A stretch of DNA of 32,000 nucleotides from Gemmata obscuriglobus (GTDB lineage Bacteria > Planctomycetota > Planctomycetia > Gemmatales > Gemmataceae): the NCBI RefSeq assembly GCF_008065095.1, contig NZ_CP042911.1, positions 7,140,001 to 7,172,000 on the forward strand, in the 5' to 3' direction. The notes under the pieces are model-generated. The model saw only the letters and a program-made list of their open reading frames with translations, did not search any database and was not told the origin of the DNA. Of this stretch, positions 7,383-18,079 are shown piece after piece (the stretch's first letter is position 1; the number at the start of each line of letters is the position of its first letter). Both the position numbers and the translations under genes were made by a program.

Positions 7383-9398
7383 GTGATCGACTCGACCCTC
7401 GCGGCGTTATCGAAACTGCGCCTCGGCCCGCGCATGGTGGGCGGGTTCCTGATCGTCGCCGGGGCGTGCGCGATCCTCGCGTACCAGTCGTTCGACGCGC
7501 TCGGCGCGCTCCGCGAGTGCCAGACCAACGCCAACTCCAACTTGGTCCCCTCCGCCCTGGCCCTGGGCAAGGTGCGGAGCGGGGCGCTGACCATTCAGCG
7601 GCTCGAGCGGAGCGCGGTCATCTTCGGTCGCCGCGGCGACGAGCGGATCACAGGGCCGATCCGCGGTGCGCACGACGAGGCCAAGAAGAACATCGACGAG
7701 GGCATCAAGACGTACGCGTCCTTGCCGATGACGGACAAGGAAGCGGTCATGTGGAGGGCGTTCGAGGCGAAGTTCGCGGAGTGGAAGCGGTACAGCGAGG
7801 AGATCTGGAGCCACATCGAGCGGCGCGAGTTCGAGAAGGCCGAGGAGGTGATGGCCCGCGAGACCGCGGCGGTGGTTGAACTGACCGCGGCCCTCACGAG
7901 CGTCGTCGACACCCAGCTTGCCATCAGCAAGGACGAGGAGGCCGGGGCCACCAAGGTGTTCGAGCAGGGGCGGCGGACGATGTGGGCGGTGAGCATCGGG
8001 GCGGTGGTCGCGGCGGTCGGGCTGGGACTGCTGCTGACCGCGTCGGTGGTCCGCCCGCTGACCCAGACCATCGCGGTGCTGGACGGGGTGGCCAAGGGGG
8101 ATCTGAGCCGCAAGGTGGAGGTGAAGTCGGAGGACGAGATGGGGCAACTGGGGGCCGCGCTGAACGTGGCTATTGACGGGCTGATCGCGGCCAAGGAGGC
8201 GGAGCGGACCCAGGTGACGCGGGACCGGGAGCGGGCGGCCCAGGAGGCGCGGGCCGCGGCCGAGCGGGCCGATCAGGAGGCGGCGGCGGCGCGGACCCGG
8301 TCCGAGCAGGACGCGGCGGTGGCGGCCGAACTCCAGCGCAAGGTGGAGGCGATCCAGGCCGGGGTGAACGCGGTGGCAGCGGGCGACTTCACGGTGTCGA
8401 TCCCGGACCTGGGCACCGACAACATCGGACAGATGGCCCGCGCCCTGAACCAGGCGATCGTGTCCGTGCGGACCGCCCTGGAGGGGGTCCGCGAGGTGTC
8501 CGAGCAACTGGCCGACGCGTCCGGCCAACTGTCCAGCGCGAGCGAGGAGATCTCGTCCGGCGCGCAAGAGCAGGCCAGCAGTCTGGAAGAAACGGCCAGT
8601 TCGCTGCAGGAGATCACGGCCACGGTGAAGCAGAGCGCCGACAACGCCCAGCAGGCCCGGCAACTGGCCAGCGGTTCCAAAGAAGTGGCGGAGAAAGGCG
8701 GCCAGGTGGTGAGCGGGGCCGTCGAAGCGATGAGCGAGATCAACGGGTCGTCGAAGAAGATCGCGGAGATCATCACGACGATCGATGAGATCGCGTTCCA
8801 GACCAACCTGCTGGCGCTGAACGCGGCGGTGGAAGCGGCCCGGGCCGGGGAACAGGGGCGCGGGTTCGCGGTGGTGGCGTCGGAAGTGCGGAACCTGGCC
8901 CAGCGGTCGGCCACGGCGGCGAAGGAGATCAAGGGCCTCATCCAGGATTCGGTGAAGAAGGTCGATGCGGGCACCGAGCTGGTCAACCGGTCGGGCGACA
9001 CACTCGCCGAGATCGTCACCAGTGTCAAGCGGGTGACCGACATCGTCACCGAGATGGCCGCCGCCAGCCGCGAGCAGTCCACCGGCATCGAGCAGGTGAA
9101 CAAGGCCGTCTCCCAGATGGACAGCGTCACCCAGCGGAACGCCTCCCAGACCGAAGAAATGAGCGCCACCGCGCAGTCCCTCACCGATCAGGCCGCGCAA
9201 CTCCGCGACCTGGTCAGCCGGTTCAAGCTCGGCGCCGGCGGCTCGGCCCCGGCGGCGCGGCCGGCGAAGCGGGCGGCGGGACCGAAGCCGCGGCCGGCGG
9301 TATCCAAGGCCCTAAAGCGGCACAGCAGCAACGGGAACGGGCACGGGGGCGGGCACGAACTGGACGCTTTGGGCGGCGACGGGTTCAGCGACTTCTGA
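7383..9398 (+). CDS. Methyl-accepting chemotaxis protein 1
   Basis: GTG start. It has an N-terminal TM helix, a helical sensor, a second TM helix, a HAMP-like region and an Ala/Glu coiled coil. The signalling hairpin reads [41 protein letters not shown]. The C-terminus is ...GGDGFSDF. Confidence 0.92.
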   Translation: MIDSTLAALSKLRLGPRMVGGFLIVAGACAILAYQSFDALGALRECQTNANSNLVPSALALGKVRSGALTIQRLERSAVIFGRRGDERITGPIRGAHDEAKKNIDEGIKTYASLPMTDKEAVMWRAFEAKFAEWKRYSEEIWSHIERREFEKAEEVMARETAAVVELTAALTSVVDTQLAISKDEEAGATKVFEQGRRTMWAVSIGAVVAAVGLGLLLTASVVRPLTQTIAVLDGVAKGDLSRKVEVKSEDEMGQLGAALNVAIDGLIAAKEAERTQVTRDRERAAQEARAAAERADQEAAAARTRSEQDAAVAAELQRKVEAIQAGVNAVAAGDFTVSIPDLGTDNIGQMARALNQAIVSVRTALEGVREVSEQLADASGQLSSASEEISSGAQEQASSLEETASSLQEITATVKQSADNAQQARQLASGSKEVAEKGGQVVSGAVEAMSEINGSSKKIAEIITTIDEIAFQTNLLALNAAVEAARAGEQGRGFAVVASEVRNLAQRSATAAKEIKGLIQDSVKKVDAGTELVNRSGDTLAEIVTSVKRVTDIVTEMAAASREQSTGIEQVNKAVSQMDSVTQRNASQTEEMSATAQSLTDQAAQLRDLVSRFKLGAGGSAPAARPAKRAAGPKPRPAVSKALKRHSSNGNGHGGGHELDALGGDGFSDF

Positions 9399-9405
9399 TA
9401 CACGT

Positions 9406-9433
9406 ACCCGGTGCCTCAGCCGGGTGCTGTTTT
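9406..9433 (+). terminator. Weak intrinsic-terminator-like hairpin after MCP 1
   Basis: acccgg-tgcctcag-ccgggt (6-bp stem) followed by gctgtttt, starting 8 nt after the stop codon. Confidence 0.35.
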
Positions 9434-9541
9434 GGCAGCACGGGACGGAGGGCAACGACGTTATACCGCTAAATCGGCCGCCGGCACTCACGTGCCGCGG
9501 CCCCGTGATACGTCCCACGATCCCGGTCGGGCGCGGTGTGA

Positions 9542-9568
9542 CAAATCCGCACAGCAGATTCCCGATAA
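9542..9568 (+). promoter_or_regulatory. Candidate sigma-28 (FliA)-type promoter upstream of MCP 2
   Basis: CAAA-N15-CCCGATAA compares with the consensus TAAA-N15-GCCGATAA. It lies about 105 nt upstream of the ATG at 9674. Confidence 0.4.
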
Positions 9569-9673
9569 GCGTGTCAGGGAGAATCCCGGCAAGTACCGCG
9601 CCCTCATTCTCCTCCGGGTGGCCAGTCCGGGCCGTGCCCGCTGGCCGAGAGGGGCGCATCGGAACGGTGACGC

Positions 9674-11704
9674 ATGAAATGGTTCCTGGACAGGTCGGTG
9701 GCCACCCGCCTGCTGCTCAGCTTCGCCGCTGTGTGCGTGGTGGTGGTGGCAAGCGGGGCGCTCGGCTCCGACGGCCTCTCTCAGTCGCGCGAGCGCATGC
9801 GTATCCTGTACGCCGACTACACCACGGCCGGAACCGATTTGGCCAAGTCGTCGGTCAACCTGGCCCGCTACCGGAACGGGGTGGTGCGGGCCGCGGCGGC
9901 CCAGGACCGGCACGCGGCCGAGCGGCTCGTTGAGGAGCAGACCCCACACCGCAAGCAGATCACCGACGGGCTGAGCGCGTACGCCGCAACAGTGCTGCGC
10001 ACCTCGCGGAGCGGCCGGGACGAGCGTGCGGACCTGAACAAGGTGCGGGCCGCGATGGACGCCTACTTCGCCGCCACTGACCGCACGGTGGGGGCGATCC
10101 GCGACTACTGGGCGGCCGGCGACAAGGACCGCGCGCGCCGGGCCGAGGCGGTCGCGGCGGCGGTGGTCGACGGGGACCAGAAGTTCGACGCCGCGACCGC
10201 CAGCATGGACGAGCTGGTGAAGACCGTGGCCGAGGTGGCCAAGGACATCAACGAGGACGGCAACGCGGCCGTGGGCCAAGTCCAGTCAGAACTTCGCGCC
10301 TGCACCCTGGTTGCCGCCGGCCTGAGCATCGCGGTCGGGTTGCTGGTGGCGCGCTCGATCGTCCGGCCCCTGGAGAGCTGCGTCACGGTGCTCGAGGCCG
10401 CGAGCTCCGGGGACCTGTCGCGGCACGCCCAAGTGGGCACCCGGGACGAGGTGGGGCGGCTGGCTGCGGCGCTGAACACGACCATCGACGCGCTGCGGGC
10501 CGCCAAAGAGGCGGACCGGGCCCGCGCCGCGGCCGAGGCCCAGCGGCTCACGCGGGAGGCGGCGGCCGAACGGGAGCGATTGGAGCGCGAGCAGGCCGCC
10601 GCGGCTGAGCAATTGGGCCGCGAGCAGGCCGCCGCGGCCGAACTCCAGTGCAAGGTGGAAGCGGTGATGGCCGTGGCCCGAGCGCTGGCGGCAGGGGACT
10701 TCACCGTCACCATCCCGGACCTGGGGGGCGACGACGTGGGCCGGCTGGCCCGCTCACTGAACGAGGCCGTGGCCAGCGTCCGCGTGGCCCTCGGTGGTGT
10801 GCAAGAGGTGTCCGAACAGTTGGCCGACGCGTCCGGGCAACTGTCCAGCGCCAGCGACGAGATTTCGGCCGGAGCGCAGGAACAGGCCAGCAGCCTGGAG
10901 GAAACGGCGTCCTCTCTTGAGGAAATAACGGCCACCGTGCGGCGGAACGCGGACAACGCGCAGCAGGCCCGGCAGCTCGTGGACAGCTCGAAGGAGGTGG
11001 CCGAGAAGGGCGGCCATGTGGTGGGCAGCGCGGTCGAAGCGATGAGCGCGATCAACGGGTCGTCGAAGAAGATCGCGGAGATCATCACGACGATCGATGA
11101 GATCGCGTTCCAGACCAACCTGCTGGCGCTGAACGCGGCGGTGGAAGCGGCCCGGGCCGGGGAGCAGGGGCGCGGGTTCGCGGTGGTGGCGTCGGAAGTG
11201 CGGAACCTGGCCCAGCGGTCCGCCACCGCGGCCAAGGAGATCAAGGGGCTGATCCAGGACTCGGTGAGGAAGGTCGATGCGGGCACCGAGCTGGTGAACC
11301 GATCGGGCGACACACTCGCCGAGATCGTCACCAGTGTCAAGCGGGTGACCGGCATCGTCACCGAGATCGCCGCCGCCAGCAAGGAACAGTCCATCGGCAT
11401 CGAGCAGGTGAACAAGGCCGTCAGCCAGATGGATGCTGCCACCCAGCGGAACGCGGGGCAAACTGAGGAACTGAGCGCCACCGCGCAGTCCCTCACCGAT
11501 CAGGCCGCGCAACTCCGCGAGCTGGTCAGCCGGTTCAAGCTCGGCGCCGGCGGCTCGGCCCCGGCGGCGCGGCCGGCGAAGCGGTCGGCGGGACAGAAGC
11601 CGCGGCCGGCGGTATCCAAGGCCCTAAAGCGGCACGGCAGCAACGGGCACGGGGGCGGGCACGAACTGGACGCCATGGGCGGCGACGGGTTCAGCGACTT
11701 CTAA
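9674..11704 (+). CDS. Methyl-accepting chemotaxis protein 2 (tandem paralog)
   Basis: The architecture matches MCP 1. The N-terminal sensor is divergent. The 3' ~1.07 kb is almost identical to MCP 1 at the nucleotide level. The C-terminus is the same, ...GGDGFSDF. Confidence 0.92.
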   Translation: MKWFLDRSVATRLLLSFAAVCVVVVASGALGSDGLSQSRERMRILYADYTTAGTDLAKSSVNLARYRNGVVRAAAAQDRHAAERLVEEQTPHRKQITDGLSAYAATVLRTSRSGRDERADLNKVRAAMDAYFAATDRTVGAIRDYWAAGDKDRARRAEAVAAAVVDGDQKFDAATASMDELVKTVAEVAKDINEDGNAAVGQVQSELRACTLVAAGLSIAVGLLVARSIVRPLESCVTVLEAASSGDLSRHAQVGTRDEVGRLAAALNTTIDALRAAKEADRARAAAEAQRLTREAAAERERLEREQAAAAEQLGREQAAAAELQCKVEAVMAVARALAAGDFTVTIPDLGGDDVGRLARSLNEAVASVRVALGGVQEVSEQLADASGQLSSASDEISAGAQEQASSLEETASSLEEITATVRRNADNAQQARQLVDSSKEVAEKGGHVVGSAVEAMSAINGSSKKIAEIITTIDEIAFQTNLLALNAAVEAARAGEQGRGFAVVASEVRNLAQRSATAAKEIKGLIQDSVRKVDAGTELVNRSGDTLAEIVTSVKRVTGIVTEIAAASKEQSIGIEQVNKAVSQMDAATQRNAGQTEELSATAQSLTDQAAQLRELVSRFKLGAGGSAPAARPAKRSAGQKPRPAVSKALKRHGSNGHGGGHELDAMGGDGFSDF

Positions 11705-11724
11705 TGTCAGTCGTGCGTGAACCT

Positions 11725-11769
11725 CTCCCCCGCCCCGCTCTGGCGCACTCGCCGGACCGGGGCGGGGAG
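11725..11769. terminator. GC-rich hairpin between convergent genes (candidate bidirectional terminator)
   Basis: ctcccccgccccg (11725-11737) pairs with cggggcggggag (11758-11769) with one bulged C. On the + strand it is followed by tttcattt. Confidence 0.4.
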
Positions 11770-11771
11770 TT

Positions 11772-12329
11772 TCATTTCGCCCCGGAGGTGCTGAGCCGCC
11801 GCGTGTACTTGGCGTCGCCGATCCAGAGCGTGAGCCGATCGCCCTCGAACCCCAGCGCCTCAGCCGAGCCGGGGGCCGCAGGTGTCAACACACCGCACAG
11901 CCGGCCCATTGAATCGAACACCTGCACGCCAATCTCCGTAGCCGCGTAAATGCGCCCGTGCTTATCGACGGCAAGGCCCGTAACCGGCCCGCCACCGTGC
12001 CCTCGTCGTACTTGAAGTGGACAGTAAGGTGCGGCTGTGGCCAAATCGGCATCTCCGTCTGCTGAATAAGCCCAAACCGCGCGACTGACTCCGAACCCAA
12101 CGAACACGGTCCGGCCGTCCGGCGATCTCACTGCAACGGTCGGAGCTTGGCCGTCCCAGACCCCGGCCCCGAGCACCTCTAAAGGGTCGACCGTTTTCGG
12201 TTTCACCGCCCGCCCTTCAGCCTTCTTCCACCCCTCACCATCGATGAGGATCTGCGACAGCGTCGTATCCTGCGCGCGAGCGAACGGAGCAACCCCCAGG
12301 AGTAACGCCGCAATGAGGAATCGTGCCAT
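11772..12329 (-). CDS. Secreted protein, beta-propeller-blade-like (NHL/SMP-30-like)
   Basis: I prefer the ATG at 12329 (MARFLIAALLLGVAPFARAQ looks like a signal peptide) to the TTG at 12341. Blade-like segments include VAVRSPDGRTVFVGF and LAVDKHGRIYAAT. Confidence 0.55.
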   Translation of the reverse strand: MARFLIAALLLGVAPFARAQDTTLSQILIDGEGWKKAEGRAVKPKTVDPLEVLGAGVWDGQAPTVAVRSPDGRTVFVGFGVSRAVWAYSADGDADLATAAPYCPLQVRRGHGGGPVTGLAVDKHGRIYAATEIGVQVFDSMGRLCGVLTPAAPGSAEALGFEGDRLTLWIGDAKYTRRLSTSGAK

Positions 12330-12374
12330 GAGACGCCCCAACGAATCGGTGGAATCGAAACGCCTGCTTCCGGG

Positions 12375-13256
12375 TCATTTCGCCGGCGGGGTGTCGCGCC
12401 ACAGCCAGCGGAGCGCGTCCGGCAGGATCGCGCCGCCGTGCTTGCCGCTGTGCGCCCCGTCGCCCATTACGAGCCGGTAGTCGTAGTCCATGTGCTTCAG
12501 CGCCGCGGCCATCGACAGGTTCGCCAGCGGCCAGTTGCCGTGCAGGTTGTCGAGGTCGCCCGTCCCGTCCTGAAGGAACACGCGGATCTTCTTCTTCTCG
12601 GTCTTGCGGATCAGCCCGGGGTACACGTCGCCGCCCCGGATGTTGGTGAAACTGCCGATGTGCGACAGCACCTTCGAGAACAGGTCGGGCCGCTCCCACG
12701 CGGCGGTGAACGCGCAGATCCCGCCCGAACTGAGCCCGCAGATCGCCCGCCCGTCCGCGTCGGTACGAAGCTTCACGGTCTTCCCGACTTCAGGGAGGAT
12801 CTCCTTCTCAAGGAACTGGGCGTACTGGTTCGAAACGGTGTCGTACTCGAAGCTCCGGTTGGAGCGCCAGTCCTTCTCCTCGCGCTTGGGGGTGGGGAAC
12901 TTGCCGGGGTTGATGAAGACCCCCACCGTGACCGGCATCTGTCCCTTGTGGATCAGGTTGTCGAACACGACCGGCGCGCGGAACGCGCCCTTCTCGCCCA
13001 CATACGCGCTGCCGTCCTGGAACACCATCACGCACGCCGGGGTCTTGCCGTCGTACTGCGCCGGCACGTACACCCAGCAGTCCCGCTCGGTGCCCTCGAA
13101 CACCTTGCTCGTCTTCCAGCGGAACGGTGTGACCGTGCCCTTGGGCACGCCCGCGTGGGGCACCGAGTCTTCGCCCGGCGCGTAGTCGTCGGCGGCCGGG
13201 GTTTGAAGAGTGACGGCGAGTGCGGCGAGGGCCGCGAACGGGAGGAGCCGGCGCAT
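12375..13256 (-). CDS. Secreted esterase / alpha-beta hydrolase (putative-esterase, enterochelin-esterase-like family)
   Basis: Only the last 293 codons of the 1009-aa track ORF look real. ATG at 13256 gives [22 protein letters not shown] (signal peptide). The nucleophile elbow is GLSSGG. Family-typical segments include VFINPG and [28 protein letters not shown]. Confidence 0.75.
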   Translation of the reverse strand: MRRLLPFAALAALAVTLQTPAADDYAPGEDSVPHAGVPKGTVTPFRWKTSKVFEGTERDCWVYVPAQYDGKTPACVMVFQDGSAYVGEKGAFRAPVVFDNLIHKGQMPVTVGVFINPGKFPTPKREEKDWRSNRSFEYDTVSNQYAQFLEKEILPEVGKTVKLRTDADGRAICGLSSGGICAFTAAWERPDLFSKVLSHIGSFTNIRGGDVYPGLIRKTEKKKIRVFLQDGTGDLDNLHGNWPLANLSMAAALKHMDYDYRLVMGDGAHSGKHGGAILPDALRWLWRDTPPAK

Positions 13257-13457
13257 CGGGTGGGGACCTTTCGGCGGGGTGGGAGGCGACGAGCGTACCG
13301 CGCGGCGCGCGCGGCCGCAAGCGGGCCAGCGGATACCCGCTGGCGGACCCGGGGGCGGGTCGTGTACACTTCCGGCGTGGGCGCCGGCTGCGACCGGCCC
13401 GCCCCCACCGGTCACGGCCGCGGCACTGGCCCCGCCGCCCTCCCATGAGATCCCTTC

Positions 13458-16400
13458 GTGTTCACCGCTATTCTCTCCGCCGCGCTCCTCCTGCCCGTCG
13501 CCGACCCGGTGCCGAACGACCTCGGCGTGCTCCCGCTCGGCGCGGACGGCAAGCCGCTGAACCTCGACTTCGAAACCGGCGACCTGAAGGACTGGACCCT
13601 CGACGGCGCCGCCTTCAAGGGGCAGCCGGTCCGGGACGATACGGTGAAGGCGCGGCGCGGCGACATGCAGAGCCGGCACCAAGGGCGGTTCTGGATCGGA
13701 GGGTACGAGAAGGCCGGCGACCGCCCCACCGGCGCCCTCACCAGCGCCCCGTTCAAGGTGACGCACCCGTGGGCCAGCTTCCTGGTCGGCGGCGGCCAGC
13801 ACGCGACGGAAACGTGCGTTGAGTTGGTCAGCGGTAAGGACGTGATCTTCCGCGCCACCGGGACCGAGGTGGAAGACATGGCCCGCGTCGCCGTTGATCT
13901 CACGAAGCACAAGGACAAGGAGATCTTCGTCCGGGTCGTGGACCGGCACGCCGGCGGGTGGGGGCACATCAACTTCGACGACTTCCGGTTCCACGCGAAG
14001 AAGCCGAGCTTCCCCGAGCGCGCCCACGTCGCCCCCGCCGTCGCGGACACGTACAAGCACGCCGGGCTGAAGCCGCTCGACGCCGCGAAGGCGATGACCG
14101 TGCCCGACGGCTTCTCGGTCGCGCTGTTCGCCGGCGAGCCGGACGTCCACCAGCCCATCGCGTTCTGCACCGACCACCGCGGCCGGCTGTGGGTCGTCGA
14201 GGCCTACGTGTACCCGCGGCGTAACCCCGAGCCGGGGCCGGTGCTCCCGGAGAAGGACCGCGCCAAGGGCGACAAGATCCTGATCTTCGAGGACACCGAC
14301 GGGGACGGCACGTTCGACAAGCGCACGGTGTTCTTCGAGGGCCTGAACCTCGCCTCCGGCATCGAGGTCGGGTTCGGCGGGGTGTGGGTCGGGGCCGCCC
14401 CGTACTTCCTGTTCATCCCGCACGACCAGGAGACCGATAAGGCCGGCGAGCCGAAGGTCTTGCTCGACGGCTGGGGTTACCAGGACACCCACGAAACGCT
14501 CAACAGCTTCATCTGGGGGCCGGACGGCTGGCTGTACGGGTGCCACGGGGTGTTCACGCACTCGAACGTCGGCAAGCCCGGCGCCCCGGACGCCGAGCGG
14601 CAGCGGATCAACGCCGGCATCTGGCGCTACCACCCGACCAAGCACACGTTCGAGGTGTTCGCCCGGGGCACGTCGAACCCGTGGGGGCTGGATTACAACG
14701 CGCACGGCGACTTCTTCATTGAGGCGTGCGTGATCCCGCACATGTGGCACATCATCCCGGGCGCCCGCTACCAGCGCCAGGCGGGCACCGACTTCAACCC
14801 GTACACCTACGGCGAGATCGGGACGATCGCCCTGCACCGGCACTACGCCGGCGCGACCCCGCACGGCGGGAACGGCCGCAGCGACAGCGTCGGCGGCGGG
14901 CACGCGCACGCCGGCCTGCTGTGCTACCAGGGCGGCGCGTGGCCGAAGGAGTACCACGGCAAGCTGTTCATGGGGAACCTGCACGGTCACCGGCTCAACG
15001 TGGACGTAGTTACGCCGAAGGGCAGCGGGTACGTCGCGGACCGGAACCCGGACTTCCTGCTCACGAACGACAAGTGGGCCATTCCGCTCGCGCTCCGGAG
15101 CGGCCCGGACGGCAACGTGTATCTGCTCGACTGGTACGACCAGCAGATCTGCCACCTTACACAGCCCGAGAAGTGGGACCGCACCAACGGCCGCATTTAC
15201 AAGATCAGCCACAAGGACGCGAAGCCGGCGAAGGGCGTGGACCTGTCGAAGGCGACCGACGAGGAACTGGTGAAGTACCAGTCGCACGAGAACGACTGGT
15301 ACGCCCGCACCGCCCGGCGCGTGCTTCAGGAGCGCGCGGCGAACGGAACCCTCCGGCCGGACGCCGTGAGTGAACTGGGCCGGATTCTGCGCGAGGACAA
15401 GCATGAATTAAATCGGGTCAAGGCGCTTTGGGCCTTACAAGCGCTGGGCCGTGACAACGCCCAGGGGCTCATCAAGGCAACGGAAGACGCGAGCCCGCTC
15501 GTCCGAGCGTGGGCGGTCCGGTTCATCGCCGAGGAGTACGCCGGCCGAACGGAGGGGGCTCGTCTGGACGCGACGAACCTCGGAAAGGTTGACGCGAACG
15601 CGCCATCGGCCGTGGTCCGGCTGGCACTCGCTTCCGCCGCGTTACGAATCCGAACCGCCGAACGCGCGGGCCTGCTCCGCCAACTCCTCGCCCACCCCGA
15701 AGACGCGACCGACCATAACCTGCCGTATCTCTACTGGTACGCGCTCGAGCCGCTGTGCGCCGAAGCACCGGCGAAGGCGCTCGATCTTGCGGCTGATGGC
15801 AAGATCCCGTTCGTGTTCCAGAGCGCGGCCCGACGGGTCGGCGCGCTCGGCACGCCGGCGGCGTTCGACCTGCTCACGGGGGCGCTCGCGGGGGCGAAAA
15901 CCGACGCGGAGCGGCTCGCGTACTTCCGCGGGTTGCAAGAGGGGGCGAGGGGCAAGCGCGCGCTCCCGATGCCGAAGGACTGGGGCGCGGCCCTTGAGGC
16001 GCTCATGAAGTCGCCCGACGGCGCGGTCCGGCAGCAGGCGCTCGGCCTCGCGGCGGTGTTCGGCGACAAGGGCGCGCTCGCGACGCTCCGCAAGGTGCTC
16101 GGCGACGCGAAGGCGGCCCCCGCGGCCCGGCTCGCGGCCCTCACCGCGCTCGTGGACGCCAAGGACGCCGCCGCCGTTCCGCTGCTGCAAGCCGCACTGA
16201 CCGACAAGGACCTGCGCGGCGCCGCGCTGCGGGCGCTGGCCGCGTTCGATGACGCCCGGACGCCGGCGGCGGTCCTCGCCCAGTACCCCGCGCTCACCCT
16301 CGCGGAGAAGCGCGACGCGGTGGCCACGCTGGCGGCCCGGCCCGGGTTCGCCAAGGAACTGATGAGCGCCGTCGCCGCCAAGAAGCTCCCGGCCGCCGAC

Positions 16401-17516
16401 GTGCCCGCCGAGGTCGTGCGCCAGCTCCGCGGGTACGACGACGCGGCCCTCAACAAGCAGATCGCGGACCTGTGGGGCGTCGTGCGCGAGTCCCCGGCGG
16501 AGCGCAAGCGGCTCATCGGCGAGTGGAAGGCGAAGCTCACCAAAGCCGCGGTGCCCGCCGGCGACGTGAACCTCGGCCGCACCGTGTTCGCGAAGACGTG
16601 CCAGCAGTGCCACACGCTGTACGGCACCGGCGGGAAGGTCGGCCCGGAGATCACCGGCGCCAACCGCGGCAGCGTCGACTACCTGCTCGAGAACATCCTC
16701 GACCCCAGCGCGGTCATCCCCAAGGAGTACGCCGCGACCCGGCTCGTGCTGGCGGACGACCGTGTCGTCACCGGGATCGTGAAGGGCGAGGCGAACGGGC
16801 TGCTCACCGTGGTCACCGACCGCGAGACGCTGACCATCCCGGCGGGGGACGTGGCGAGTCGGAAGCCGTCGGAGCTGTCGATGATGCCCGACGACATCCT
16901 GCGGCAGGTGAGCGAGTTCGAGTTCCGGTCGCTGGTCGCGTACCTGCAAACCGAATCCCAGGTGCCGCTGCTCGCGAACGCGGACAACGCGAAGGAGTTC
17001 TTCAACGGCAAGGACCTGAGCAACTGGGACGGCGAGGCGGGCCTCTGGAGCGTGGAGGGCGGCGAGATCGTGGGCCGCTCGAAGGCCGGGCTGAAGCGGA
17101 ACACGTTCCTCAAATCGCACGCGGCGGTCGAGAACTTCCGGCTCGCGCTGAAGGTGAAGCTCAGCCCCAACAAGGAGAACAGCGGCATCCAGTTCCGCAG
17201 CGTGCCGCTGCCGGACGGCGAGATGCGCGGGCCGCAGGCGGACATCGGCGCCGGGTGGTGGGGCAAGCTGTACGAAGAGAGCGGCCGCGGGCTGCTCGCG
17301 AAGGAGGGCGGCGAGAAGTTCGTGAAGCCCGACGACTGGAACGACTACGTGGTGGAGGCGGTGGGCGGCCGGGTCCGCATCTGGATCAACGGGCACCTCT
17401 GCACCGACTACGAGGACGAGAAGCTGGCCCGCCGGGGCGTGGTCGGGCTGCAACTGCACAGCGGCGGCCCGCTCGAGGTGCGGTTCAAGGAGGTGAAGCT
17501 CGAGGTGCTGAAGTAG
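13458..17516 (+). CDS. PVC-type multidomain protein: N-terminal beta-sandwich-like module, membrane-bound-dehydrogenase-type propeller, HEAT repeats, CxxCH cytochrome c domain and DUF1080
   Basis: 1352 aa. GTG is the first start after an in-frame TGA at 13446. Domain markers are [34 protein letters not shown] (dehydrogenase-type domain), [18 protein letters not shown] (heme c site) and a C-terminal [11 protein letters not shown]...[10 protein letters not shown]...GLQLHSG (DUF1080 / 3-keto-disaccharide-hydrolase-like). Confidence 0.85.
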   Translation: MFTAILSAALLLPVADPVPNDLGVLPLGADGKPLNLDFETGDLKDWTLDGAAFKGQPVRDDTVKARRGDMQSRHQGRFWIGGYEKAGDRPTGALTSAPFKVTHPWASFLVGGGQHATETCVELVSGKDVIFRATGTEVEDMARVAVDLTKHKDKEIFVRVVDRHAGGWGHINFDDFRFHAKKPSFPERAHVAPAVADTYKHAGLKPLDAAKAMTVPDGFSVALFAGEPDVHQPIAFCTDHRGRLWVVEAYVYPRRNPEPGPVLPEKDRAKGDKILIFEDTDGDGTFDKRTVFFEGLNLASGIEVGFGGVWVGAAPYFLFIPHDQETDKAGEPKVLLDGWGYQDTHETLNSFIWGPDGWLYGCHGVFTHSNVGKPGAPDAERQRINAGIWRYHPTKHTFEVFARGTSNPWGLDYNAHGDFFIEACVIPHMWHIIPGARYQRQAGTDFNPYTYGEIGTIALHRHYAGATPHGGNGRSDSVGGGHAHAGLLCYQGGAWPKEYHGKLFMGNLHGHRLNVDVVTPKGSGYVADRNPDFLLTNDKWAIPLALRSGPDGNVYLLDWYDQQICHLTQPEKWDRTNGRIYKISHKDAKPAKGVDLSKATDEELVKYQSHENDWYARTARRVLQERAANGTLRPDAVSELGRILREDKHELNRVKALWALQALGRDNAQGLIKATEDASPLVRAWAVRFIAEEYAGRTEGARLDATNLGKVDANAPSAVVRLALASAALRIRTAERAGLLRQLLAHPEDATDHNLPYLYWYALEPLCAEAPAKALDLAADGKIPFVFQSAARRVGALGTPAAFDLLTGALAGAKTDAERLAYFRGLQEGARGKRALPMPKDWGAALEALMKSPDGAVRQQALGLAAVFGDKGALATLRKVLGDAKAAPAARLAALTALVDAKDAAAVPLLQAALTDKDLRGAALRALAAFDDARTPAAVLAQYPALTLAEKRDAVATLAARPGFAKELMSAVAAKKLPAADVPAEVVRQLRGYDDAALNKQIADLWGVVRESPAERKRLIGEWKAKLTKAAVPAGDVNLGRTVFAKTCQQCHTLYGTGGKVGPEITGANRGSVDYLLENILDPSAVIPKEYAATRLVLADDRVVTGIVKGEANGLLTVVTDRETLTIPAGDVASRKPSELSMMPDDILRQVSEFEFRSLVAYLQTESQVPLLANADNAKEFFNGKDLSNWDGEAGLWSVEGGEIVGRSKAGLKRNTFLKSHAAVENFRLALKVKLSPNKENSGIQFRSVPLPDGEMRGPQADIGAGWWGKLYEESGRGLLAKEGGEKFVKPDDWNDYVVEAVGGRVRIWINGHLCTDYEDEKLARRGVVGLQLHSGGPLEVRFKEVKLEVLK

Positions 17517-17614
17517 CGGGCGCCGCGGCGACCGTCGCCTTCGGGCGGCGGTTCCTATAATGCCCCGGCGCCCATTGTTCCGGCACCACGACGAGCACGC
17601 AGAGCGAGACACCC

Positions 17615-18040
17615 ATGAAGACCCAAGGTTCGGCGGTGTGGCAGGGCGGGCTGAAGGACGGGCGCGGCGCCATCTCCACCAAGAGCGGCGCGCTGAGCGC
17701 CTACCCCTACGGGTTCGCCGCGCGGTTCGAGGGCAAGCCGGGCACCAACCCCGAGGAGCTGATCGGCGCCGCACACGCCGGGTGCTTCACCATGGCCCTG
17801 TCGCTCATCCTGGGCGAGGCCGGGCTCACCGCCGAGCGCATGGAGACCACCGCCGAGGTGACGCTCGACAAGCAGCCCGACGGGTTCGCGATCACCGCGG
17901 TCCACCTCACCCTGAAGGCGAAGATCCCCGGTGCGGATCAGGCGAAGTTCGAGGAGCTGACCGGCAAGGCGAAGGCCGGGTGCCCGGTGTCCAAGGTGCT
18001 GAACGCCAAGATCACCCTCGACGCCACCCTCGAAAGCTGA
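17615..18040 (+). CDS. osmC: OsmC-family peroxiredoxin
   Basis: 141 aa. WQGGLKDGRG...NPEELIGAAHAGCFTMAL...KAKAGCPVSKVL carries both conserved Cys residues in OsmC spacing. Confidence 0.85.
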   Translation: MKTQGSAVWQGGLKDGRGAISTKSGALSAYPYGFAARFEGKPGTNPEELIGAAHAGCFTMALSLILGEAGLTAERMETTAEVTLDKQPDGFAITAVHLTLKAKIPGADQAKFEELTGKAKAGCPVSKVLNAKITLDATLES

Positions 18041-18079
18041 ACCCGCCCCGCGCTCGCCCGCGCACAGGACACGCTGCCA

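Noticed and set aside
7407-11512. Long minus-strand ORFs 7407-9200, 7595-8194, 8273-9184, 10105-11496 and 10754-11512
   Set aside because: They are antisense shadows of the two MCP genes. The translations are Arg/Gly/Pro/Leu- or Ser/Ala-rich and have no motifs.
13257-15404. The upstream 716 codons of the 1009-aa minus-strand ORF 12375-15404
   Set aside because: Only the last 293 codons, from the ATG at 13256 with its signal peptide, look like a protein (the esterase). The rest is antisense to the well-supported PVC-type gene and is Val/Arg/Pro/Gly-rich.
17556-17561. Perfect TATAAT hexamer 54 nt upstream of osmC
   Set aside because: There is no acceptable -35 element (gtcgcc) and no TG extension at the right spacing. 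A lone hexamer is not enough to call a promoter.
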